The position numbers and the translations under genes were made by a program. A stretch of DNA of 64,000 nt. Source: Felis catus. Lineage: Eukaryota. The stretch lies in the NCBI RefSeq assembly GCF_018350175.1, contig NC_058382.1, forward strand, positions 12,586,001 through 12,650,000. Direction: 5' to 3'. Below the pieces are notes generated by a model. The model saw only the letters and a program-made list of their open reading frames with translations, was not told the origin of the DNA and did no database searches. Positions 1-9,048 of this stretch are shown in pieces. Numbering within the stretch: the first letter of the stretch is position 1; every line of letters begins with the position of its first letter.

Positions 1-259
1 AGGGAGTGGGGTAGTACTGGCAAAATGATTCAGGGGCCGGTTCGGGCCAGTGTACAAACCAACACACGCGTTCTTTGGGGAAGTGGAGCATCAGGAAAGA
101 GTGGAACCAGGACAAGGGGCCAGGCGTGGCAGTAGTTTGAGGGGCGTGACACGTAAAAGCGCGGTTAGTTGTGTGGATTGGTTTACAAGAGCAGCAGCGA
201 TGGGGCCAGGCTGGGACTGTGCTCTGATGACCTGGTCCTGCGCCCTGTCCCTCTGGCAG

Positions 260-388
260 ACCCGGGTGCGGTGGTAGAGGCTCAGACGTCGGTGCCCTAC
301 GCCATTGTGGGCGGCATCCTGGCGCTACTGGTGTTTCTGATCATATGTGTGCTGGTGGGCATGGTCTGGTGCTCTGTACGGCAGAAGG
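260..388 (+). CDS. CADM4: CADM4 penultimate coding exon (transmembrane segment)
   Basis: cag| at 257-259, |gtgagt at 389; encodes DPGAVVEAQTSVPYAIVGGILALLVFLIICVLVGMVWCSVRQK, the SynCAM4/Necl-4 TM region. Confidence 0.95.
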
Positions 389-931
389 GTGAGTGGGGGC
401 GGGGACTGAATTCTGCAGGGGGTGTGGTTGGTTGTGGGATTCGGGAAGGGCGGGGCCCTAGAGCCCGGGTTGCAAAGCGGGAGGGCGTACAGCCCAGAGG
501 ATAAGAGGGCGGAACCTAGAGCCGGGATTCGAAACCTGGCGGGACCTGAGGCCAAGATTCCGGGCTGACTTTTCGGCCTTGACTCTGAAAGGGGTGAAAC
601 ACTGAAGGTGAAATTAAGGCCAAGAGTTTGAATAAAACAATTCATCTCCCTAAATTGTTGGATTCGTTGGGAGCAGAGTAAGGGGACACCACCAGGAGAA
701 CAGATAAGGGTTGGTCTTTCTTTGAACTTTCGGAGTCTTCCTAATTCTGCTTTTACCTCTTTCTCTGCCCCTGTTTTGCAATCCCCTGCACTTGATTCCC
801 TCCCTGAATGTTCCGTTTCTCCCTCTTCCTTCGCCTGGTATGTCTTGTCTGTCTCCCCTTCCCGTATATTTCTGTCCAACTCCTGGGTCCACATATATGT
901 CACCTCTGTCTGGGGGTCTGTCACCCCTCAG

Positions 932-1041
932 GCTCCTATCTGACCCACGAGGCCAGTGGCCTGGATGAGCAGGGAGAAGCAAGAGAAGCCTTTCTCAATG
1001 GCAGCGACGGACACAAGAGGAAAGAAGAATTCTTCATCTGA
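932..1041 (+). CDS. CADM4: CADM4 last coding exon (cytoplasmic tail)
   Basis: cag| at 929-931, phase matches previous exon; GSYLTHEASG...RKEEFFI-stop, with protein 4.1-binding motif and C-terminal PDZ ligand typical of CADMs. Confidence 0.95.
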
Positions 1042-1946
1042 CCCCACCTCCACCCGGGCCTGGGCCTGGGCCTGGGCTGGGGTCCACCCCACTGCCAGCT
1101 GCAAAGACATTTACCAGAGTCTGGGATGGTGGGCTTCTCCCCCCACCACTAACACCTCAGACGCTTGGGCAGGGATGGGGGGTGTCGGATCCCAGGTCTC
1201 TGCAAGGGCCAGAAGCAAGGGCCCAGAGGCCTGGGCCCCCCAGGGGGCAGGGGCCAAAGGTCCGGACCCCCCAAGTCCAGGGAGGGCGGTAGGGATTGGG
1301 TTGGGGGAAGATAACTGGGGGAAGGCCAGGGCCCCTAGGCTGCAGAACCAGGTCTTGTGGGGAGGGGGTCAGATTCTGGGAAGGGTGGGGTGGGCAGGGA
1401 AGGGGAACACAGATTTCTTTGGGGGTCCCAGACCCCATGCCAGCCATTGTAGGAGTTCCACAGAGCTCTGGGCACCTCTTTGCAAAGCCATGTTTGCACG
1501 GTGGGGGTAAGGGTGGGGGGGGAGGGCATGGAAACAGGGATTCTGTGTCTTTGTGTCATAACTTTGATGGGGGCGGTGAGGGAGACAGCCCCAACCCTTT
1601 TCTCCAATCCCCAGGTTCCTGGGCTCCCCTTCCCCACCTCCTCCCCCCATATCTGTCCTATCCATATTTGTCTCTCTGTCCACCCACTCCTGGGGGGGCC
1701 TTCCCCATCTCTCCTCCAGGCCCTCCAGGGAGAGGGAAAGGAGTCTGGGGGGTGCGTTGGTCTCTATGGTTTTATATATAATATATTAAAAAAAAATTAA
1801 AAATCTGTATGAAAATATCAGATTGCACCCCCCTCCCCTCATTCCTGGCTTTTGCCCCCTTTTTCTTGTTTAAAAAAAAAACACACACATTTTGTACGGG
1901 GCGGGGAGGGGAACGGGGAGGGGGTTTGGCAATCCCACTAACCACC

Positions 1947-1952
1947 ATTAAA
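1947..1952 (+). terminator. CADM4: candidate CADM4 polyadenylation signal (ATTAAA)
   Basis: ATTAAA followed by GT-rich sequence at the end of the G-rich 3'UTR; another ATTAAA-containing AT-rich block lies near 1785-1803. Confidence 0.5.
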
Positions 1953-3689
1953 CTGAGGAGAGAACAAGTGTCTGGGGTGGCTGTGTGTCTGTCCCTCTGC
2001 CCAGAGCTGCACTATGTTGGGAGGGGAACTGAACGAAGGGAGGGAGGAGGGAGCGAAGTGAGATGGTTGCTGGTGGATAGTACAAGCCAGGAGAAGTTCC
2101 TTACCTCTTCAGGGGCACCTCCACCCTTCCAAGAAATCTGGTTTTTTTCCCTGGCCACTCCTTCGGCCAAAAGCCACTGAGTCTTGAGTCAGTAGCCACT
2201 GAGCTACCCTGTCCTCGGCCAAAGGCCCAGATCCTTCCCCTGGTTTACCTCTAACCCGGAAATCAATCTCCAAAGGACCTTTCAATTAACTCACATCTCG
2301 CCCTGTCAAAACCTGTGCCTGCTCTGCTCAAAATCTTTCCCCAGCTCCCCATCACCTCTAGGTCAAGTCAAGCCCCCTTAGCCTGGCACTCCTGGCCCCT
2401 CATTCATTCGACTAAATTTTAAATGAGTGATCCTAATTGTAGATTAAAAAATACACTGACCTCTTTCTTTGTGCCAGGTGCTGCCCAAAGATCTGGAGAT
2501 GCCATGATGAATAAAATAGGCAAATGTTAGGTGTTCTAGATGGCTTCGTACTAATCTGAAACTTGATCCTGTTTCTAGGCACTGAGGACTGAAGGAAAAA
2601 GGGTGACTCCTTTCTTACCCTCACAAAGCTTCCATGAGGAAAACAGGAAGCAAAAAACCTTTAATTTCAGCTTGCCATAAGTACTCTTAAGATAAAATGC
2701 AGAGTGAGGGGATGGGGTACTATTAATTTATTATAGAAAACTTCAAATACAGAAGTAGACAGAACAGGACTATGAAGTCCCATGCACCCTTCACCCCAGC
2801 TCCCATAACCATCAACTCGTGGCCAATCCTGCTGTATCCACAAGCCTGCTCATTTCTCTAATGCAAATTCGACGTGCCATCTTTGAAAGATCAGGAAGAG
2901 CCTGTTTGACACCTGTGCCAAGATATGAATGATGAGTCAAAGATCAGAGGGAAAAGCATTTTCAGGCAAAGGGAACAGCAAGGGCAAAGGCCTGAGGTGG
3001 TAGGCACTGGTGTTCGAGGGGAAGTAGAGGTACACAGGGATGGATAAAGGAGTGAGTGAAGTCAGAGACAAGTAAGAACAGACCACATGTATAGCCCCTG
3101 GGCCATGATAACGTTTGATTTAAGTATAACGGGAGCTCTTGAGAGTTGAGCTAAAATATAAGTCAATTCTAAAAGCCTGGAATACTGCAGTAGCTTCCTA
3201 TGCCGTCAAACTGTATAGTCAGAGCTCTTAACTCTACCTTTAGGAGCCTTTCCCCTCTCTTAATTCTGTTTCAGGCATACGTAGCTGCTATCGCTTTCTC
3301 AATCAAACCATGCACTACTTTTTGCCTGTAGGCTTCTGCCCTTGCTGTTCCCTGTGCCAGGACTCCTATTCTATAGTTGGCTTCTATTCATCCTTGGCTT
3401 AAAGATCACCACCTCTTGGAAGCCTTTCCAGGCTGGGGCAGGCACTTCCTCTGGCTCCCACAGCTTCCTATGCTTCACTCATCCCAAATCTGACCACTCT
3501 GGGTTGTGGTTCTGATTTTGTGTGGATCTCCTTCCTTTGATTGGGGTGCCAGGATAGGGGCCAGGTATGTCTCGTTCACTGCGGAAACCACGGTGCCCAC
3601 CAACACAGGGCTTGACACAGACGACGGCAATAAATATTTCTGATGGTGGTGGGGGAAGGGGTTTGTGAGAGTTAGTAAGTGTCTTGGCC

Positions 3690-4520
3690 ATTGCGCCCCC
3701 TCTCCGGATGCAAACTGACGCCAACTAAAACAAGGCCACTCGCTAGTCCGCAATCCGTCAGCGCATGCGCTTTGCTCAGGCGCGCCCCCCGCCACCCCTC
3801 TCCCCCTATATGCTAATCACGACGTTCGGGAGTACAGCCTCTCCGGGGAATATGCAAATCACCCCTTCAGCGCCGTAGGGCTCCCATTGTCCCGCGCTAA
3901 GGTTATGCAAATAAGCCTCAAATCCAAGATCCAAGCCTAGTTGGCGCCCCCAACCCCTAGCTCATCTCATTTTCTGTAAGGCGCGTTCCTGCTGGCTCAC
4001 GCACGCGCAAGCCTCGCAGTTTCTAGTTCCGTCTAGCTGCGGACTGTACCAAGTAAACCTGGACAGCAAGGGGCAAAGTCCGGAAGCCCCTGCGCGGGCC
4101 TAGTCGATGGCCCGACTCGGAGAGCCCCTCTCCCCACTGTGCAATGGGAATGGTCCACCTCGCCGCGCAAGCGCCCTAGGCCCTTCACGCCGCTTGTACA
4201 CCCTCCTACCCGACTTGCAGCGCACGCGCAGAGCTCGGGCGTGCAGCCGCCGCCGCCGAGCCAGAGCGGGGGCAGCTAGTGCCGGTGAGTGTCCGGGATA
4301 GGGATAGGGGTGCGCGGGGCATGCTGGGAAGCGGGCGCTACGGCACCGCTGCATGATGGGAGTTACGGCTCCCATCACCGGGGCGAGCTGGCAGCGGTCT
4401 TGGCCCATCATGGCCGGAGGGCGAGACCCAGGCTCCCTTTTCTCCCCCAACACGGCTCCGTGCAGCCCTGGGGCATCCTGGGGAAACGGGACGCCCCGCC
4501 CTAAGGCATTGTGGGAGTCG
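3690..4520 (+). promoter_or_regulatory. ZNF428: ZNF428 CpG-island promoter and non-coding exon 1 (donor at 4284/4285)
   Basis: CpG-rich; NRF1 palindrome GCGCATGCGC 3761-3770; octamers at 3810-3817, 3852-3859, 3905-3912; CCG|gtgagt donor. Confidence 0.75.
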
Positions 4521-5086
4521 GTCTGCTAGTCGTTATGGGCCTGGTGCATTCTGGGAAGGATTATTGTAGCTCCTTTTGGGAAACCGGCCCGTTTTGTCAC
4601 ACACCTTCCGCTCAGCATCTTGGACGCTTGGAGTGCTTCGACGCAGAGCACCTTGAAAGGCGGTCATTATAGGCCCAAGGCATCCTGGGAAGAATTGCCG
4701 CAGGGCATTGTGGGGACTGGTCCTTATTGTCTGTTGTAAGGTTTTGCTCTGGCCTCCTTGCCCTTCCATTGTGGGAACGGGTGCCTTTTATGTTCTCACA
4801 GGGCATCTTGGGAGTTCGTTGCTGTAGGTTCAGAATGTAGTGGGGTCTTGGCACTGTGTTTTCCCTGTGGTAGCGAGGGAGTGTCATTTATAACCCTTTA
4901 AAATTGTGGAAGCCAGTATGGCCACCGTAGTCCTTATAGGAATGGGACTGCACCAAAGAATGCTTCCACCTAACATCTGGAGTACGCTGGAAGGGTCCTT
5001 GTGTGGTGTGGGCTTGGGGGAGGGTAGGCTGGACTGGTGAGCAGCGTCTCCAGGTAATCTCCTGGGTAGTCCTGATTGTAGTGTGT

Positions 5087-5263
5087 GGTTGCCAGGTAAC
5101 ATAGAACATCCACTTAAAATTTGAATTTCAGATAAATAATCTTTTAGAAATGTTTATCCCAAATACTGCTTGGAACCTATGTATATTAAATAATTTTCTG
5201 TTGTTTATCTGAAATTCACATTTAACCTAGCATTGTCTGCTTTTATTTACTTAATTTGGCAAA
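5087..5263. mobile_element. MER53-like palindromic hAT MITE
   Basis: ggttgcca...tggcaa termini and internal inverted repeat tgaatttcagataaa / tttatctgaaattca, matching my recollection of MER53. Confidence 0.7.
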
Positions 5264-5652
5264 TTATCCTGGCTTAAAGTAGAACTCCTCAGTTGAATGG
5301 GACCCTACAGGCAATAGGGTATTAGAAGAACTCTCCTCTGCCAGTTATGAATCTTCTGTCCTTAAAGCCCAGATTCAGGGGTGTCTTTAGAAAGCTCCTT
5401 TACCATTGATACCAGCCCTCCCATGCCTCAGCCTCCTCCAGGCTTCACTTTTAACTTTTTTTTTTTTCCCCTCCCCAGCATTAAACTTGACTTCCAGGCT
5501 TTGAAGGGATTGTGTATTTTCCATCACTGTATACCCAGTACCCAGCACGGGCCTTGGCATAAAGAGGCGTAGCTGAGGTTGCCAGTCCTTTCACTGACTT
5601 GCTCTTCCTAGCTCTTTACTGCCAAAGATTACAGTGGAAGACAAAAGAACTG

Positions 5653-5653
<1 letters not shown>

Positions 5654-5701
<48 letters not shown>
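5654..5701. repeat. (TG)24 microsatellite
   Basis: direct reading. Confidence 0.95.
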
Positions 5702-5702
<1 letters not shown>

Positions 5703-6775
5703 CGAGGTACTGGTGAAGAGGGATAGGAAGGAAAGGACTCAGAAGGCTTGGAAGAGGTGGAGGTGGTGTTTGGGCTGGGAGGAAGTACAGAGGTTCTTGT
5801 ATTTGAGGTGGGCTTTGGAGAACGAGTAGGAGTTCTCTAGGTAGACGGTGGGGAAGGAGGACATTCTAGGCAGCAGCAGCAGGATTTGCTGAGACCCACA
5901 GATGTGAAAAGTCCTGGTGTGCACAGGGAGAGATGATAAGTCTGGAATGGCTGGGGTGTATAGAAAGGGTTATGAGTGGGAGTATTAACAGCCACTGTTA
6001 CTGCAGTAACTGCCACATATCGAATGGTTTATATCGAATGAGCCCTACTGAATCTTCAAAAAAAAAAATTTCAGCTGAGGGGCCATTTATGAGAGGCAGA
6101 ATAACATGGCTTCAAATCCTAGTCCACCCATCAACCAGTTGGTGTGACCTTAAGCTACTTGTTAACCCTCTCTGTGCCTCAGTTTCCTCATCTGTACAAA
6201 GGAGACAGTCTGTCTCAACATAGTTATAAGGACTGCATGAGTTAAGCCCTGGAAGCTCCTTTTGTACTGAGAAGGAAACAGGCTAGAGAGATTAGGTCCT
6301 TCTTTGCTTGAAACTACACAGCTAGAATGTGGCAGACTTGGGGTTCAGACCTGGACACCATCTTGCCAAGGGATAGAACTAGGGCTGACGCGAACTAGGG
6401 CGGCCATACCGCTTGTTTAAGTATTGAAATACCTCTAGCCTGATTAGTATATCACCACTACGTCAAATAATCCCTACCCCCAACTGCCACTTTGGACCCT
6501 CTCCCAGCCCCCAGACTTTCCCACAGTCCAGCAACCAAAGCCTTAATTCCTGGATAGGCCCCTGTTCCACTCTCAGTTCTGATTGGTGCCCCCGCTAGTA
6601 CCCGCTGCTAAGTATTTGGAATGTTACCTTTCCCCATTCCGCTGAACAAGAACCACGGACGGCTTTGTTGCCCAGATGGGGAAATTAAGATCTACAGAGG
6701 AGCTGGGGCTATCTTTTCCTTTCCCCCAGCACTGAGCACACAGTTGGGCCCTGAGAGGCAGGTGCTATGTAAAAA

Positions 6776-6781
6776 TTTATT
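6776..6781 (-). terminator. SRRM5: candidate SRRM5 polyadenylation signal (AATAAA on minus strand)
   Basis: tttatt on + strand about 200 nt downstream of the SRRM5 stop. Confidence 0.65.
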
Positions 6782-6943
6782 GAGTCACCACAAGCCTTTC
6801 CTTCCCCTGTCCAGCATCCCGCTCTCTTTGCTGACATCCTGCATTGGAGAACTTGTGGCTGAGGTGTGGCTGTGGAGAGCTGGCCGGGGAGGGACACTGC
6901 CTAGCTGCTCCTCTGCTCCTGTCTCCTGTCTCCTCCCCTGGCC

Positions 6944-7019
6944 ATGACAGAGACCCGTGAGCCAGCTGAGACTGGGGGCTATGCCAGCTTGGAAGAAGAC
7001 GATGAGGACCTCTCTCCAG
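6944..7019 (+). CDS. ZNF428: ZNF428 first coding exon (exon 2; acceptor probably 6814/6815)
   Basis: gccATG Kozak; MTETREPAETGGYASLEEDDEDLSP-G; CAG|gtgagg donor, phase 1 joins exon at 11445. Confidence 0.92.
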
Positions 7020-9048
7020 GTGAGGCAGCCTTAGAGACGGCGGCGTTACCTTGAATATCATCCTGGTTTGGAATTGGGGCTCCACTGAGAAATCTGGAGG
7101 GGGAAGGGCACCTTGTCTTGCTAGGTGTTCTGTTCTGACTGGGACTATGTGCCCTGCTAGTGGAATCCTTGTGGCTGAGACTTCTGGGGGTTGTAGATTG
7201 GCTAGGATTGCTCTTCTTATTAGGGGTTCTAGATCGGCTGTGGTCTCTTTCCTTGCTGGGGGTTCTAGATCGGCTATGGTCTCTCTCCTTGCTGGGGGTT
7301 CTAGATTGGCTGTGACCTCTCTTGCTAGAGGTTCTAGATAGGCTGTGATCTCTCTCCTCTCTGGATTGGCTGCAGTCTCTTTCTTTTCTGAAGGTTCTGA
7401 ATTGGCTGTGATCTCTCTCATTTCTAGGGGTTCTGAGTTGGCTGCGCTCTCTTTCACTGCTGGAAGTTCTGGATCGGCTGTGATCTCTTTCTTTGTGGGA
7501 GGTTCCAGATGGGCTACCACTTCTCTCCTGGCTGAGTGTTCTCGATCGTCTGTGATCTCTCTCCTGGCTGGGGCTTCTTTCCCTTCTGGGCATTCTATAT
7601 TGGTTATAGTTTCCCCCCTTGCTGTGGATTCTAGATTGGCTGTGTCTTCTCATCTGACTGGGAGTTCCTTTCCGGGTACGACTTCGTGCTCTACTGTGAC
7701 TTCTCTTCCAACTGTGACTTCTCACCATACTATGACTTCTTGCCCTTCTGGGCATTCTAGACCAGCTCTCACTTCGGGTCCTGCTGGGGGTGCTAGACGG
7801 GCTCTCACTTCGGGTCCTGCTGGGGGTGCTAGACCGGCTCTGACTCTGGGTCCTGCCGAGGGTGCTAGACCGGCTGTGACTCTGGGTCCTGCCGGGGGTG
7901 CTAGACCGGTTGTGACCCTGGGTCCTGCTGGGTGCAGTATCCTGGTTGTAACTCTTGAGCCTGCTAGATACTTTGCTTGGGCTGTAACTCCATTCCCTGC
8001 CAGGGGTGACCATGTGACTATAACTCTTTACCCTCCTTGATGTTGATGGAGACTGGCTGGAACCTCTCTCCTTGAAGGGAGTTCCAGTGGGGCTGTAACT
8101 CTTTGCCCTACTTGGGGTTGTAACCAGCCCAGAACTCTTCCCCATGCCTGAGGCTCCTGGTGGGCTGTAACTCTTCTCTCTGCTCACACTTCTAAGCTGG
8201 CTCTTATTTCTTTCTCGGTTGTTGTTTCTAGGCCGGCTGCAACTCTTGCCCCCACTCTGTTTTTTCTGGGAAGTAGGAGTTCTCATCCTGTTGGGCACAC
8301 TTGGGGTGGCACCATGAGTTCTCATCCTGCTGGTCGTGCTGGCTCTGCTGGGTGACCTCTTGGAGCTGCGGCTTCCCCTTCTTCTGGGAGTTCTGCCCCG
8401 GCTGTGTGTGCCCCTCCGCTGGTGGAGTCTTACCCCACTGACCTTGCTGGCCTTGGTGTCGGTGCTGGCCTTGCTGGCCCTGGTGTCGGTGCTGGCCTTC
8501 CTCGCCCTGGTGTCGGTGCTGGCCTTGCTGGCCCTGGTGTCGGTGCTGGCCTTGCTGGCCCTGGTGTCGGTGCTGGCCTTCCTCGCCCTGGTGTCGGTGC
8601 TGGCCTTCCTCGCCCTGGTGTCGGTGCTGGCCTTGCTGGCCCTGGTGTCGGTGCTGGCCTTGCTGGCCCTGGTGTCGGTGCTGGCCTTCCTCGCCCTGGT
8701 GTCGGTGCTGGCCTTCCTCGCCCTGGTGTCGGTGCTGGCCTTCCTCGCCCTGGTGTCGGTGCTGGCTTTGCTGGGTGTTCTTGTCCCATTGCGGGCTCGG
8801 GACTTGTTGCTGGACTGTTTAGAAGCAACTGTCTTCGTATTTGCCCACTTGGGAGACCTAGAACTGCTTGGGCTTGTGACCGAGTTAGGGGCTGTTGATG
8901 GCTTGGTGGACACTGAAGCACTGTTGGGCTTTGCCGATTTGGTGGTCTTCAAGGAGGCGGGAGGCTTGGGAGGCACGGGGGACATCGAGGGTCCAGTGGA
9001 TGCCGGAGACGTGCTGGGCTTTGAGGGTCTCGTAGGTGGAGAAGGCAT
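6979..9048 (-). CDS. SRRM5: SRRM5 serine/arginine repetitive matrix protein 5, single coding exon, 689 aa from accATG at 9048 (ORF open to 9165; in-frame ATG also at 9093)
   Basis: S/R-rich ORF MPSPPTRPSK...RGTHSRGRTP...ERSSSSSSKLA-stop; nested antisense in ZNF428 as in human. Confidence 0.88.
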   Translation of the reverse strand: MPSPPTRPSKPSTSPASTGPSMSPVPPKPPASLKTTKSAKPNSASVSTKPSTAPNSVTSPSSSRSPKWANTKTVASKQSSNKSRARNGTRTPSKASTDTRARKASTDTRARKASTDTRARKASTDTRASKASTDTRASKASTDTRARKASTDTRARKASTDTRASKASTDTRASKASTDTRARKASTDTRASKASTDTKASKVSGVRLHQRRGTHSRGRTPRRRGSRSSKRSPSRASTTSRMRTHGATPSVPNRMRTPTSQKKQSGGKSCSRPRNNNRERNKSQLRSVSREKSYSPPGASGMGKSSGLVTTPSRAKSYSPTGTPFKERGSSQSPSTSRRVKSYSHMVTPGREWSYSPSKVSSRLKSYNQDTAPSRTQGHNRSSTPGRTQSHSRSSTLGRTQSQSRSSTPSRTRSESPSSTPSRTRSESWSRMPRRARSHSMVRSHSWKRSHSRARSRTRKGTPSQMRRHSQSRIHSKGGNYNQYRMPRRERSPSQERDHRRSRTLSQERSGSPSGTSHKERDHSRSRTSSSERERSQLRTPRNERDHSQFRTFRKERDCSQSREERDHSLSRTSSKRGHSQSRTPSKERDHSRSRTPSKERDHSRSRTPNKKSNPSQSTTPRSLSHKDSTSRAHSPSQNRTPSKTRCPSPSRFLSGAPIPNQDDIQGNAAVSKAASPGERSSSSSSKLA
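7195..7570 (-). repeat. SRRM5: degenerate 36-bp coding repeat (SRTPSKERDHSR-like units) in SRRM5
   Basis: recurring ctagat(c/t)ggctgtg(a/g)tctct units. Confidence 0.8.
7757..7935 (-). repeat. SRRM5: 36-bp coding repeat (RTQSHSRSSTPG-like, about 5 units) in SRRM5
   Basis: recurring gggtcctgc..ggggtgctagac units. Confidence 0.8.
8443..8774 (-). repeat. SRRM5: 27-bp coding minisatellite, 12 copies (KASTDTRA[R/S])
   Basis: near-perfect gccctggtgtcggtgctggcctt(cctc/gctg) array. Confidence 0.95.

Noticed and set aside
325-924. 199-aa minus-strand ORF in CADM4 last intron
   Set aside because: Reverse of a CT-rich intron; low complexity, no gene structure
3800-4300. Possible snRNA/Pol III gene suggested by Oct plus Staf motifs
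   Set aside because: No recognisable PSE, snRNA body or terminator; motifs flank ZNF428 exon 1
8443-8774. Regular array superficially like a CRISPR
   Set aside because: No unique spacers, eukaryotic context, in-frame coding VNTR
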